Source of the DNA: Camelus dromedarius
Taxonomy: Eukaryota
NCBI RefSeq assembly: GCF_036321535.1
Contig: NC_087451.1
Location: 42,532,001 to 42,596,000 of the forward strand
DNA length: 64,000 nt
Reading direction: 5' to 3'
This document shows, piece after piece, positions 33,076-47,000 of the stretch (within the stretch, counting starts at the first letter, position 1; every line of letters starts with the position of its first letter). A model generated the notes under the pieces. It was not told where the DNA came from. It worked only from the letters and a program-made list of their open reading frames with translations, and ran no database searches. Made by a program: the position numbers and the translations under genes.

Positions 33076-33433
33076 TTTTTAAACACCAACAATGCAATTT
33101 TGCTAAAGTTACAATTTTGGAAAATTAACATGCCTCAAGACCACTCTCAGCGTTTTTGTCAAGTGTATCTGGGTCGTCACCATCTCAGTGCTGCCTGCAT
33201 TTCTCCCAGGATTTGGGCTGGGGTGAAGAGGTGTAGAGAAGATACTCTAAAGGTCTCCTGGGGTTTAGAGCCCAAGGGAGTCCTGGGTGAGGCCCTGAGC
33301 TCCTTGAATACCATGCATGGTAGCCTCTCTCTGCCCTTGTCCCCCAACCTCCCTTTTGCCTTCCTCAGGTTTGATATCCAGGAGGTTTGATTATCCAGAG
33401 GAAATTAAATATTTTTATATCAAATTATATTAC

Positions 33434-33439
33434 AATAAA
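33434..33439 (+). terminator. MLX polyadenylation signal (candidate)
   Basis: AATAAA about 1.1 kb after the MLX stop, in AU-rich context. Confidence 0.55.
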
Positions 33440-33674
33440 TATTGCTAAATGCTTTCCTTTAGCATTGTTCCAAGTCTAAGTGTTAAGCTCAAGCAGTCAA
33501 AACGTGGATGATGAAATGAGTGTGACCATCCCCTCGGGGCCACCAGTGCTCCCTCCTTCCACCCAGCACTCTGGTGTATGCTCAGAGGAGGACAGCAGCA
33601 GGAAACAAGAAAGCTGACCTAAACAAGGCGGCCAGCGCAGGGCATCTCTGTTCCCAGTCCTGCTGGAGGGCCTC

Positions 33675-36600
33675 TCAGGGGTCTGGGAGCATGACATTAT
33701 GATCTTCATCCGTCTCTATCCCAACTTCCTCCTGTGGGGCAGCGAGACAAGCAAATGAGACCTCCCTGGATGAAGACCCCAGGGGAGCAAGGAAGGAAGA
33801 GCACCACTTACAAAGAACTGCTTCTTGCTCTTAGGGTATCCTTCAAGGATTGCATCAGACAGCTCTGTTGCCTGCCGAGAAACAAAACCACTCCTTTTCA
33901 GATGGGAAGTACTCGGCACTGCCTGAGAGATCTGTGATAGGGGGCAGCTGTTTCTCTGGTGGCTGGCATTTTTCTGGGCCTGCCTGTAGCTCCCACACAC
34001 TCACCATCCTCTTCCGCTTCCGCCACTCCTTGCAGTACCTCTGTCTCTCTCTGTACACCTAGATGGGGAAACAGATTCCTCTGACCCCCTCAGCCCTACA
34101 GCAGCTGGTGGGGTCAGCCCTCATCCTCACTGTGGGCCTGCACAGGCAGCCCTCCCTGTTACCCCTCCCTCCCAACCCACCTGCTCTTTCTCTTCTGGAG
34201 TCACGTGGTTGGTGGCTGCTTTAATGTTCTTCAGTCTCTCAGTGTAGCCAGCACATTCCTTCTTCAACTCCTGGATCTCTTTCTGCATCTCCGGTGTGGT
34301 CAGGGCACTAGTTAACTCCTTCAGCTCTGAAACCACACCTCCCTGAGGTCACTTGCCACCCTGAGGTAGGTGACCGGGCATCTACCTTGCTCTGGGTTCT
34401 AGACACAGGGTCCAGAATGCATCCCATATTCTGGAGATTAAGGCTTACAGAATTATTTGTTCATTCTAGTTTTCTTTCTTTCTCCATCTACAATGGGGGT
34501 AGGGGGAGGTACGAAGTTGAGCAGACTGTAAGCTGTAGCCAGTTAAAGAAGCAGGAATAAGGGACGTGAAGTGTGGGAACCGTATACTGACAATCATAGT
34601 GGGGGAGGCAAATGTATGTCTTGCCTATTTCTCTTCAAAAGCCATTGGTTGTTAAACATTTATTTTAATTAAAGACAACTCTGCAGTCAACAGATCCTTA
34701 ACTTAGTAGTCCTGACCTCTGGCCTGACTCTGACACTAGGGGCACCATCCTAGGGGCTGCCCAGTCCTACCAGCCTCCATGTGGCGGCAGCTCTGCTGCA
34801 AGCTCTGCACGTTAGCAGTGAGAGCCACAATTTTGGCATCCAGGCCTTGGAGGTCAGCATCACTGACCATGTCAAACTGGTCCTGCCAGAGACAAAAGGA
34901 AAAACAAGCAGACTGATAAGTCACACAGGATGGGAACCCACATCTGGGAAGGCAACATTCACATTCATTCAATCTGGGACTCCCCAACTCTCCAGAGGGC
35001 CTGGGAAAATAGTGGGAGGGTACTTTTGAGAAATCATTCAGTTTAGTACTGGTCCCAACAAAAAGCTATAAAAGAACAAGTTGAAACCTGATGCTTGTCC
35101 TCAAGAGGCTTCTAGGTTGGCGGGATACTGAATAGGACAGAAATACCTTTCAGTTTGCTGGTAAAACCACTCACTGGGCTGAAGGAGTAAAGATTTTTGT
35201 CAAGGTGATGATGCCTAATTATGGGTTTCCACAACAGGAAGACTCTGGACAAGTGCAGAGGCACAGTGGGGGGCATTTAGATGAGGGACTCCAGTGAAAG
35301 TCTGAGGAGCCCCTCCCATGAGACTAGTAGCTAGAAAAGGCCTGTGCTGGGGCTCAGTGAGGTCTTGTCAGTTGGCAATGGGAAGCAGGATGGAAAGGCT
35401 GGAATGCCAGCCTGGGCAGTCTGGATTCTACATTCAGGGGAGGGAAACCTTTAGAGCAGAAGGCAGCAAACTACAGCCTGCAGGCCAAATCCTGCCAGAT
35501 GCATGTGTTTGAAAAAAATTAATTGAAACACAGCCACATCCATTCGTTTACATGTCTATGGCTGCTTCTGCTCTACAATGGCGGGTTTGAGTACTTGTGA
35601 CACTTGTGTAGCTGGGACAAGAGACCATCTGGCCTGCAAAACATGAAAATGTATGTCTGGCCTTTTGCAGAAAAAGAAAATCTGCCAACTTCTCCTTTAA
35701 GGGATCATCAATAGAAGAATAACATAGTGAAACCTATTTTAGGAAAATTAGCCTTGATGGTGGTTTGGTTCAGTTAAATGAGGATTTAATATCTCCGAGG
35801 ACTTAATGTCTCTGGGATGTTTAGATCCTGTAGGGGGGCTGAGTAAAGGAAGATGAATGAGGGGGGACAGTATAGCCCAAGCAGTAGAGCGCATGCTTAG
35901 CACGCACAAGGTCCTGGGTTCAATCCCCAGTACTGCCTCTAAAGATGAATAAACCTAATTACCTCTCCCCTCCAAAAAAAAAAAAAAAAAAGGATGAATG
36001 AGAAATGGGGTCTTCCCTAGAAAGAGCTTCAGTTTCATGAGGGACACAAGTAAAGAAAATTATGAGTATGCCTCAAAAGAGGTAAGTGCCTGAGGAAGGC
36101 AATTATTGAAATCCTAAGGGATTAAATAAGAGTTAGCTGGGCAAAGAGGAAGAAAGGACTCAAAAACTCTGGGCAGATATATTTTAAGTGGATTGGCTGG
36201 TTGTTTGCTTTTTAATTGAAGCATAGTTGATTTAAAATGTACTAGTTTCTGGTGTACAGCATGGATGGACTTGGAGGGCATTGTGCTAAAAGAAAGAAGT
36301 CAGAGAAAGAAATACTGTAAGATATCACTTACATGTGGAATCTAAAACAATACAACAAACTAGTGAATATAACAGAAAAGAAAGTCAGATGTAGAGAAGG
36401 AACTAGTGGGTACCAGGGGAGAGGGAAGGGGTAGGGACAAGATGGAGGTGGAGGATTAAGAGGTACAAACTATCAGGTATAAAATAAGCTATAAGGATTT
36501 ATTGTACAACATGGGGAATATAACCAATATCTTATTGTAACTATAAATGGAATATAACCTTTAAAAATTTGTGAATCACTATATTGTATACCTGTAACAT

Positions 36601-38221
36601 AATATTGTACATCAACTATACTTCAATTTTTAAAATGTGACATTATAGTGGGGAGGGTATAGCTCAATTGGTAGGGTGCATACTTAGCATGCAGGAGATC
36701 CTGGGTTCAATCCCCAGAACCTCCATTAAGTAAATAAACCTAATTACTTCCCTCAAAACAAATTTTTTAATGTGATATTGTAAAATATATATAAAAAAAA
36801 AAACCCTCTGAGCAGAGGAAACACAACGGGCAAAGGACACAAGAGTAAAACACATGTAAATGGTCTAATATTGATGGATGGAGAAATAATAGGGATGGGG
36901 AGGCTAGAGGCAAGCTGGGGCCAAATCTCCAGGTACCTTTTATCTGTTCTAGGGAGCACCAGAGTTTTCAGTAGGGAAACGGCAAGGCTAGATTTGCATG
37001 TACATAGATCATTCTGGCTTCAATGTTTAAGATGTGTTTGACAAGGCCAGGAGATCAGTTAGGAGGCTACTGCAATAGATGAGGAACACCTGAACTAGAG
37101 CAGTGACATCATATGGAAAGGAGAGGACAGTCAAGAATGGGAGAAACAGCCGGACTTGATGGCTGACTAGGTATGTGAAGTAAGGGAAATTAAGAACAAC
37201 TCCTCAGTCTCTGGCCTGGGGAAAGAGTGATACCACAAGGGAAAAGAATGCAAGAGGAGCCAGTTTAGGGGAAGAGATGAGCTATTCCGCTTTGGCAATA
37301 CTGATTCTGAAGGGTCTGAAAGGCATCCAAGTGGAGGTCTGGGCTGGAGATACAAAGTTAATGTGTGTTTATGGAGGGGGTAGGAGACAGAAGGAAAATA
37401 ATTTGGCAGATGGTGGTTCTCATCTAGATGATTGGAAATAACTTCCAAGTGTAAATGGATCTCGATAGCAACAATTTGGGATCTTCTGTCATATTTCTAT
37501 CATAAATCTATCATATTTCAAGTCTGGAAATCTCATGAAGTTTGGATCACAGTAAGGGGAGTACATACTTAGAATTCAAGTTTGGCTCGGGCCCTTTCAA
37601 TGGTGAATTTCACGGGATGCCTCAATTCTCCCAAAGAGAGTTCATACTAGGGACGGATCCACCTAATGCCGTGCTGTCACACAGGTGCTAATCTGCACAG
37701 GTTTCCCTCACCTGGTCTGCAAAGTATATCTTCTGCTTGCCATACGTCTTCTCTTTGATCTTGCCTTGTTGGGCCAGCTGCTCTAGCGCCTTCACCACCG
37801 CCTGGCAGAGGGAAGGGGACGGAGCCGTCGGGGGAGTGACTTGCGGCCCGGGCGGAGGAATCTCAACAGTGATGGGGGAAGAACCTTAAAAGAGCCTTAA
37901 AAGCCCAAGGTTAGAATGGAAGCCTCGAGAGGCCAGGAGCCCGGGCTGATTGGAGGGGGTCCCAAAGTGGGGAATCCCAGGAGAGGGTCCTCACCGCCTT
38001 GCCCAGTCCGTGTTCCCGCTGCAGGTTCCCGAACACGTCCTGAGCGCTGTAGGGCCGGTTCTGCTCCTGCAGGTACCTCAGCAAGATCCCGGGGGCTAAC
38101 CGAGAGAGACAAGGCAGGTGGGGGGGACCCTCAACCGACCCCTGCCCTCCGTCCTACCGGGTCTCCCCGCGCCCACGGCCTCGTTACCTCCCGCCGCGGC
38201 TTCCGCCCGGCCTTTACTCAT
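33675..38221 (-). CDS. PSMC3IP: Homologous-pairing protein 2 (HOP2/TBPIP), 217 aa
   Basis: Exons (-) 38221-38188, 38095-37995, 37801-37712, 34882-34771, 34326-34181, 34058-34005, 33871-33812 and 33731-33675; 654 nt. Starts MSKGRAEAAAG, contains YLQEQNRPYS and KTYGKQKIYFADQ, ends EEVGIETDEDHNVMLPDP. Confidence 0.97.
35456..35697 (+). mobile_element. MER58-like hAT-Charlie DNA transposon relic
   Basis: GCAAACTACAGCCTGCAGGCCAAATCC...GAAACACAGCCACATCCATTCGTTTACAT...GGCCTGCAAA pattern. Confidence 0.6.
35861..35992 (+). mobile_element. tRNA-derived SINE (camelid-type)
   Basis: A/B boxes, AATAAACCTAATTACC tail, poly(A); GATGAATGA duplicated at 35852-35860 and 35993-36001. Confidence 0.85.
36260..36635 (+). 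mobile_element. LINE-1 3'UTR fragment
   Basis: ATGGATGGACTTGGAGGGCATT...TCACTTACATGTGGAATCTAAAA...ATCAACTATACTTCAAT. Confidence 0.8.
36650..36770 (+). mobile_element. tRNA-derived SINE (camelid-type)
   Basis: GGGGAGGGTATAGCTCAATTGGTAG...GGGTTCAATCCCCAG...AAATAAACCTAATTAC. Confidence 0.85.
36790..37450 (+). mobile_element. LINE-2 remnant
   Basis: Purine-rich L2-like motifs (GGAGATCAGTTAGGAGGCTACTGCAATAG, GGAGGTCTGGGCTGGAGATA); highly diverged. Confidence 0.5.
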
Positions 38222-38560
38222 GGCCTTTCGCGCCGCCAGACTCTGAAAACCGGAAGTTGCAGTTGCTCGGGCAACGTCTCCTTCCGGCGAGGGGCAGGGC
38301 GGGCCTCAAGCGGTGATTGGCGGAGAGAAACCTTGGCAAGGAGGAGAGTGGACCTCCCCGGGCACTGTAGTTCACGTCCGCCACGAGCTGGGGAACCCGG
38401 ATCCGGCCCGGGTCTCTGCTGCGGTGGTTGGGGCGCGCTGCGAACCTCTCCCTTCCCTCCTCAGAACAAGACTGTAGGGAATCATGCCTTGAAGTTTCGG
38501 TACCCAGTTTCAGCGGGCGCTGAGCACTCGTGACCTTGAGCTAGGCCGTGTTCGAACGGG
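38222..38560 (-). promoter_or_regulatory. PSMC3IP CpG-island promoter
   Basis: E2F TTTCGCGCC (38226-38234), ETS CCGGAAGT (38250-38257), RFX X-box GTTGCTCGGGCAAC (38262-38275), CCAAT (~38316-38320). Confidence 0.7.
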
Positions 38561-39394
38561 AAGAAATCCAGCATCATCTGCTGGGCAAGCGACTTGCTCA
38601 AGGTCACAGGGCCAGTTACCCACAGAGACGTGTTCTGTCCAATGGCCCGAGGCTTTCTGTCGGTTAGTCTTAACATTTGTTAAACAGGAACAGGTGCTTT
38701 CAGGAGGGGGTTGTGAAAACCCAATAGAACGCGTAAGCGCCTTGGAAAGAATAACGAGGCCCTTAATTGCCCGTTACCGAGCTCAGCACACAGGGGGCGC
38801 TCAACACATGCCGTAGTTGAAGGGAGGGTCGGGAGGGGGCCGCTCTTAAGCCACAAAGTTTGCAGAAAAGTTTCCTTTTGGCTGAGACAATCTTATGGCA
38901 ACACCTGGCAGGTGCTTTCCACTCCTGCCCACAGTGGCCAATGGGACAAAACCTGAAATAAGTATTTCTAGTTTCTGAGGTCAGCCGAAGGCCAAAGAGC
39001 AGCTGTTCCTGCCCCTCAAACAATCCAGACAGGCATGGTGCTACTTTTTAAAACCTTCTCTTACCTAAAACCTCACTAGCCTTTGAAACCAGTACTTGTC
39101 TTCACGTGTTTAGGGGACAATATAATTGAAAATGATGGAGCTGCAGGCTTGATGCAGCCAGGAGTGCCAGTTATACGCACGTCTGAGCTTTCCTGGGGAG
39201 GGGAAGTGGCCTCACACCATGGTGATTGTTCTGACCAACAAAGGAAAAATAGGGTCAGGCAGATAGATCCCTCACAAAGGGCTTCCTCTTTTGAGGCTGT
39301 CACCTCCTCAAATTAATCACACCTCAGAAAGAGAAGACCTATCAAGGGTAAGATACCATTCAACATGTCTCTTAAAGATTGTTCTCATACAAGA

Positions 39395-39400
39395 TTTATT
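39395..39400 (-). terminator. RETREG3 polyadenylation signal (candidate)
   Basis: AATAAA on the minus strand about 1.7 kb past the stop, upstream of the PSMC3IP promoter. Confidence 0.45.
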
Positions 39401-41080
39401 CTCCAGCACCCCTCCCACCCTCATCCCCATCCCAATTCACAGTGGAGGACTAAGGAGATTCAGAGCAGGATCCGCACATTCAGGAAACACCTTCCCAAGA
39501 TTTTGCTCTCCTTCTTTCCCTCCCTCTTACCAACTCCCAAGAACTGATGCTACACACACTCATGCAAACACACAAAATCCCACACCTTCCCCACACCTCC
39601 TGTTTTTTTTTCCACATCAGAGGTCACCTGTAAGACATCTGGGCTCCGAGAAGAGAGGTGTACACAGTCTGTCTGAGAACCCTAAAGTGGGGAGAGGCCA
39701 TTACCCTAACTTCACACAAAGGGAAGTGACTATGAATCAGACACCTAGTTCTTCTCCCGTCTCATTGTTGGCTATTTTCACCCTGGCCTCTACTCTGTCC
39801 ATCAACCAAGAGCAAACATATTAGCACACTCCCACCTGCAGCACATGAAAATGGGCTCTGTCCAACATCTCTCACCCAGGTATGGGGGTGTTGGGGGAGT
39901 GGTCCCTGAGGATCAGCAAAGGGTTAATGCAGAGGGGAAGAGAATAGAAGAGTCTGGCTTAAGCTTTGACTGGGGAGGCACAGGTTTAGATCTAATTACC
40001 ATTTTTTAGTTTTTTCTCACATGATTTCACTAGGGGCAGAACAGATACCCCTTTACAGGGGGCTCTGCTGATTATAGACACATTCTTGCTAACTGGGCTC
40101 ATCCTTACAACAGGCCCTGCCAAATCGGGAAGCAGTTGAAAATAAAATTAAAGGAGCTGAATAGGGAGTGACAATAGCTGGTGCAAGAAGAGCTGGTGGC
40201 TCCTGGGATGAATGCCACTGAGCCGTTTGTAAAGTGCTACTCTGACACTGCCCATGGAATTATTGCTTCTCCAAAGGAGGAGCAGAAGGAACAGGAACAT
40301 GGAAATGGGCATGGTATGGTATTGCTTTGCTCATTGCTCAGGCTGATAGGCAAATGGAGCCAGGGGTTAGCAGCACCACAGATAACCAGGCAGCTCTAAA
40401 AGATTCAGTGAGACCATGAGATATGGAGGCACTCACCCTCCCAGCCAGCTGACCCCATGGCCCAAGGTAATGCAGAAGAGGCCCACTCCCACCTCACGTT
40501 CACATTTCTTAAATTTCACAAACAATAATTTGGAGCACTGGGGGTTAGGCCTCAAGAAATGAGGATGGACTGGGGCAGAGGGAGCAGGCCTGCTCTGCAG
40601 AACCAAAGGACAAGCTTGCTTAGAAAAAGACAGATCAAATCATGGCTTAGCACAAGAGGATAACAATGTAACTCTTCTAGCTGCTGCCTGACTAGAAGCT
40701 CTAGGGAGATGATGAAAGAAGGGAAGGGATCTATCAGTGAGGGCCACTGAGCACCCATACCTAGAAGCACACAGCAGCATCCCCTCAAAAGGGAACCAAT
40801 ACCCCTGACTACTTTGTTCCCCAAAAGTACCACCACCCTGATGGAGAGTGTCCCTCAGGGAGCACACTCTCACTTCAGTGACTTGAGCTCAGAAATGGGC
40901 ACCCAGCTGGTAGCAGGGGAGTGAGTATCCTCTCTCAGCAAGCCTCTGAGCATCAGCCAGGCCACCGAGCATACAAATATAATTCAGGGGATGGGACCTG
41001 GGTTCTTCGCTTGCCCCTTCACCTTAAGTGGAATGGGGAGAAAAAACCTAAACCACAGTGACCCCCAAGGGGAGTCTGCC

Positions 41081-44000
41081 TCAGTGGCTCCTGGAACTGG
41101 CAGGGTCCAGCTGATTCAGCTCCGACTGGTCCAGAAGTTCAAAGTCATCCCCCTCAGCATCAGTGTCCAGGTCTGAACTGGGGGCCCGGAGGAAGCCTCT
41201 TGTTGCTCTCCGGGGAGGTAGGCCAGAAGGGCCTGGCTGGGAGGCCCCTGACAGGGCCAGCTGGATCATGCCCTGGGAGACCAGGCTAGCAAGGTTGCTG
41301 GTGAGGTTGGATCCTCCAGGCAGGGCACCAAGCAGGAGCTCTGGCAGTGCAGCCTCGTCCCTGCCGGCAGGGGCGCCCTGAGGCTCCTCGGCCCCTGGTG
41401 GGGAACGGTACATCAAGCTGGGCATCCCGATGCTGGTATCATCTTCATCATCCAGGCCAGCAGGATCCACATTAATGGAAGGGAAGTCTGGAAGGTCTCT
41501 GGCAAAGGATTCCTCTGGGTCACTGTGACCATCTAGGTCTGGAAGAACAGAGGAGTGTCTGAGACATGGCAACTCCACAAAGTCACCCCCATGTAATCAA
41601 TTTTTCCACCCTGGATTTCTGGCACTGGTTGGCCTTCCCCCTCCACTTAAAGACTGCTGTGGTCTCTACTGGCCAAAGAATTTCCCCTTTCTTCCTCCGC
41701 TATGTCCCCCGTGAGTCTAAAACCTGAGGCTACTAAGGGGCTGAGGATTTCTAGGAAAGCAGCAGTACCATCCTGGCTGGAGCCATACCCCTAAGGCTTC
41801 ATGGCCACCTGATCCACAGCTCAGAAAGCAGGAGGGGAGGGGGCACTATCCCTGCTGCAACAGAGCCACTGCCAACAGAGCCACTGCCAACTCGGGTCCA
41901 AGCTTCCTCTCACCTTCAGAGCCTTCTGTTAGAGGTGTTTGGCCCCGAGAAAGATTGAATGTGCCGTTGTCTGTGCAGGAGACCTCAGCATCTGAGTGCT
42001 CAGAGTCTGTGATGGCCAATTCCCTGGCAACAGTAGAATCATCCAGCTTAGGAAAAGAAAAGACCAACAAGCCTGAAGAGATGATGCCATTAGGAACAGG
42101 TGTAACAGTTCCCCAGTTACTTTACCAGTGAGCTGGCCCTAAAGGCCAGCAGTGTAACCAGGCATAGGCTGGGACTTCAGTCAAATTCCTGACCCCTTTT
42201 AGGCTGCTCCCCCAGGGAAAACACCCTTATTCATCAATCTTGAGCCCAGGAAAGGAAGCAGTCTTGGGTATCAACCAGCCACTTACTCTTAAACAAGTAA
42301 CTGATCGAGAGAATACTTTTCACAGGTGGCCAGGAGGATACACACACTGCCTGACCTAAGGCGGGCTGTTTAAAAGATGATCACACCAGTTCCAGAAGTT
42401 CTGCCATGATGGTAAGGGTAAAAAGAAGACATGGAAGAGGGTGTGCTGGTCACCAGGCTCAAGTTGAGATCTACATACAAAGTCCCAATAAGCACTAGCT
42501 TCTCTCCTCACTGCTCTTGGGAGCAAAGAAGGTGGGGTCTTGGAGAACACACAAGGAGCTTAAAAACCTGATTACTATCTATACATGGGCACCAGATGGT
42601 TAAAAAGGGAGCTTAAAAAAAAAAACTGGCCAGTGATACAGCTTCCACATGCAAGATACCTGAGGACAGAAGGCAGCAAGTTCCTCTTCGCTGTCACTTT
42701 GGTTGTCCGTGGCACGTTCTGGGTGTAGAGCTCTGCGGCGCACTATGTGGAAAGAGCAGAAGACCTTGTCGCCTTCCCTTGAGGGGAACACCCACCCACT
42801 CTGGATTTCAAAGGCATAAAACGAGAATCTAAGAGAACCCCCTAAGCCTACATACCAATGCCTAGTGTGGAGATGCTGGGCCTAAGTGGCAATATAAGCT
42901 GGTAACACAGGAGAGAAAGATGTCTCTTCCAACATCCCACCCTCGAGAACCCCACCTTTTCATTCTGGTGAGATGATCAACTACCAGGCTCATCAACAAC
43001 TCTCAGATCAGCTAGGCACAGACTGAACATCAGTGTGTCCAGTGGACACTATCATAGAGAGGGCATAGGGAGATGCCCAGCCTGGGTTAAGTCAGGCTTT
43101 TAAGGACTAATACTATTCAACTGGCTGCATCAGGTGGAGCTTGGCTTTGGTGTCCATGTGCAAGGCTCTTTGAAGGCCAGGGCTTAATGAAACACCCAAC
43201 CCGACCAGACCAGGAAGAGAGGAAAAAGTCTGCACAACGGTCATTCGTGCGTTGGAGGATCTTAGGCTAGTACACTTCTGGCTTCTGAAGCCAGCTTTAA
43301 ATTCCTTTTGGAAGGCAGCTTTCAGCAGTGAAAAAGAGGCCCAGCTTAGGAATTTAAAAGACCTGCTCTGCCACTTACTAACTGTGAGCTTCAATTTCTT
43401 CCACTAGAAAAGGATAATACCACCCTCTTCTCAAGGCTGTTGTAAAGGGTAACTAAGACAACGTGTGCAGAACAGCCAGCACAGTGCACAGGCACCCAGA
43501 AAGTACTTCATAAAAACAGCTAACACTGGGAATACCTTCACAGTCTTTATTTGACTTCAGAGAACTTTCCTCAGATTTGTTTAAAATGAGACTGTCTAGC
43601 GTTCCAAATGGGAAAAATTGGTAAGCCTGCATAGATTTCCCTGGAATAGAATATCACTTTTACCTACCACCCCCCTACACACCAATCACACCCTACTTCT
43701 CCCATTTTCAGGGACCTCTGAGCTTCTCCTTCTCTTCCCCAAATTTCCCAAGTGGAAGGAAGCCTCCCTTGACACNNNNNNNNNNNNNNNNNNNNNNNNN
43801 NNNNNNNNNNNNNNNNNNNNNNNNNNNNNNNNNNNNNNNNNNNNNNNNNNNNNNNNNNNNNNNNNNNNNNNNNNNNNNNNNNNNNNNNNNNNNNNNNNNN
43901 NNNNNNNNNNNNNNNNNNNNNNNGGAGTGGGAAAGAGTGGCAAAATGGCAAAGGGGCTGCACGAAACAGTCCTGTCCCTGTCCCTCTGCCGTTGTGTCCT

Positions 44001-47000
44001 TAGGGTTTGGACAATTAGTGTGAAACAGTTCTGCCTAGTTCTGCTGGTCCTCTTCCTCTGCCATCACTTGCATATGGGTGTCACTGAGCCATACACAAGG
44101 CCAAATGGTAACAATGCCTCATAAACTACACAAATCATGTGAGCTCCCAATACATAACGGCCACAGCCCTCACTACTCAGTTCTTCCAGTCTCAAGCAGA
44201 GTCCATGCCAATATGAAGTAACTTAATGTACAGAACAATGCTGCAAGGGAAAAAAGCGCTCCAGGGTATATACACTCAGCGTATACAATACACTGAACCT
44301 AAAAGTTCCCTTCTAAGATAGGGACAGATAGTCCTTTATAGTTGGTAATACAATATATGTTGGTGGACCCTCATCAGTTTCTAAGGCTGACTTAGTAAGA
44401 GAAGGACTTTCTATATGGGAAGCCTGATACAGGCAAGAAGATATTTTCGTGACACTAAACAGGAGATGAAAATACAAAAAGATCATTTCCTAGAGAAATG
44501 AAATATAAACGTACTCGCCCTAGACCCAGTGTTAGCTGTGGCTGGAAAAGCTATGAGCAGGGTAAGCTCACAGGGGAGGTACATGCCATACTTACGCATT
44601 AAGTAGGACAGCAGGAGCCCAGGGATGTAGCGGCCCAAGACAGCCAAAAAGGTCAGTATCCCACAGCTCAGCAAGCAGAACTGGGGGAGTCACGAAACAG
44701 TATTAAGTTTCTGCTACATGGAGTGGACAGGGGTGGGGACAAGGAGTGGGGGAGGCAGATGAGGTGGAGATGTGACTGAAATGATTCTTTATGACCTCTG
44801 AGTAAAGCACGGACATGTCAGAATGACATGTACCTAGCCATTGCTGCATTCAATGGTGATTCCGTTTGGGAGGAAAGGGAGGATATCCACTACTATTCAA
44901 ACTCCTCTCACATGGCTAACCCCACAGGACTGCACCTTTCATGCTGGGAAACTGGTTTGAATAGGACTTAGCCAAAAATTCTCTCTGAAAACAAGGGTTG
45001 GTGGTGGGCTTTTTAAGTCAAAGTAAAATAAAATTAAAAAACCCAACCACCTACCACATGTTTAACATGACACAGAGTGCACACAAGCAAGTTTTCTTTC
45101 CCATCTTACATGGACACTATCAGGCAGGAAGATGGCCTAATCTACATGGCAAGCACCCAAAGGAGTCATCAAGCTCTTGCCTTAGTTCTAGTGGCTGGTC
45201 AGAGGCCCCTTCCTACAACTTCCTTTTGTCTCCACAAACACCATGGCCTTTTCTTTCTTGAATGAGGGTAGGTTGTAAAAGGGTTGTTTCAGTTTAGCAT
45301 GAACTCAGCTGAGAAGCCAGAAATGAGAATGAANNNNNNNNNNNNNNNNNNNNNNNNNNNNNNNNNNNNNNNNNNNNNNNNNNNNNNNNNNNNNNNNNNN
45401 NNNNNNNNNNNNNNNNNNNNNNNNNNNNNNNNNNNNNNNNNNNNNNNNNNNNNNNNNNNNNNNNNNNNNNNNNNNNNNNNNNNNNNNNNNNNNNNNNNNN
45501 NNNNNNNNNNNNNNNNNNNNNAGGGATCCCCCCCATCTTGCTGTGAAGGCAGCCAATGCTTCCGGGTTTAAACAGGGGCTGAGGAGTGGCTAGTCCTAGG
45601 TGTTCTGGAGGTGAAGCATGACTCTTCTTGGCTCACCAGGTTGAAACTTGACTTCAAGGACTAGGAGGGCAAACTTGTTCTGACAACTCCACCCTGTGAG
45701 CAAGCAGCCCAATCCACGTGTGTAAACCTGCCACCAGCTCTTTGTGCTTAGAAACATCTTTCCTGTGCTCAGACCATTGCAATTCACTGTGATTGCAATC
45801 CAGGGAAAAAAGTAAAGCACAGTCTGATACCACTGCTGCAGGGTGGGGAGACAATGGTGGATGTGCCCCGCAGACAGAAAACAAGTAAAGCAAAACCAAA
45901 ATAAACCACAGCAAAGAAAATTCCTTGGATCACACATATGAGATGAATGAACTGAGAAATGAAAGCAGGAGCTGTAAGCCACAAAAGGAATCTTTGGCTT
46001 GCTGATGCCAGGAACCAATGTGTTTTCTGACCAGAAACTTTAAATAGCCAGAGGTCACAGAAAACACTAAATAACCTGGTATAAAAGCCAGGAGACAATG
46101 CTAAGTTTTCACCGTAGGGCTGAATAATGCAGCTAATTCGTTGGCATGTGAGGTCATGGGGCACCATTATGCTTCTTTTTCAGAAGCATCTCCTGTAAGT
46201 ATCAGAGGATACTAGCCATCTCCACATACTGCTCCCTGAACTTTAGGATTTGTTAAAATGATTATTTGCAACAGACTAGGTTCTCAGCTTATACTTTGTG
46301 TCCAGAACATGGAGTTAACAACATGTAACCAGAATATTACAAGAGAATCAATCATAGCAACAACAAGGGATTTAATTAGTGTTCCATACCTCTCATTGTC
46401 TAATGCGTCGGATCTTGGCACTACAATATTAAAACAAATACCAGCATTAGTTGGTAGGGAAAACTAAACATGAAAATGTTAGGCTATTGGTCTGACAGCT
46501 CAAGTTTTAATAGGTTTGGGGAAAAGAAAACAGTCATAGCCAATAAAAAGGAGACACCATGTTATACTGCCGTGTTAGGGAGCTGCAGACAAGGGAATGA
46601 TGGCTGATGCCTTCTCATTTCTCCATCAAGGCGGGGTGGAAGGTGGGCATCCAGATGGAGCACTAGGATCCCTTCTAATTACTACAGCTGGGGACCAAGA
46701 TGCATACAAAAAATGGTCCATCCCAACTCTCAGATGTGTCTGAGTTGCACCAGGTTACTAAGGCATGTTATAACTACTCAAACCCTAGAAATCTGCCTAT
46801 TTAAAAAGAGATCCATTAGCTACAAACAATGTTCTAAAGTCTTTTGAATTCACCACCATAACACAGGTGGATGAGTTATATGATTCCTTGAAGTCTCTGC
46901 AAAATAGGATGGGAATACAGTTAAAAGTTGTACACTCTGGTTTGAATATCCTGCCAACACTTAAAAATTACATGTCCAAAACCTACATCAATTTTCCTCT

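Noticed and set aside
36214-36628. 18-bp inverted repeat (17/18) about 380 bp apart in PSMC3IP intron 3
   Set aside because: Explained by two opposed L1 3' ends; too short to imply a structured RNA.
41858-41891. 15-bp tandem duplication near the RETREG3 exon 8 donor
   Set aside because: Intronic slippage duplication that leaves the donor intact.
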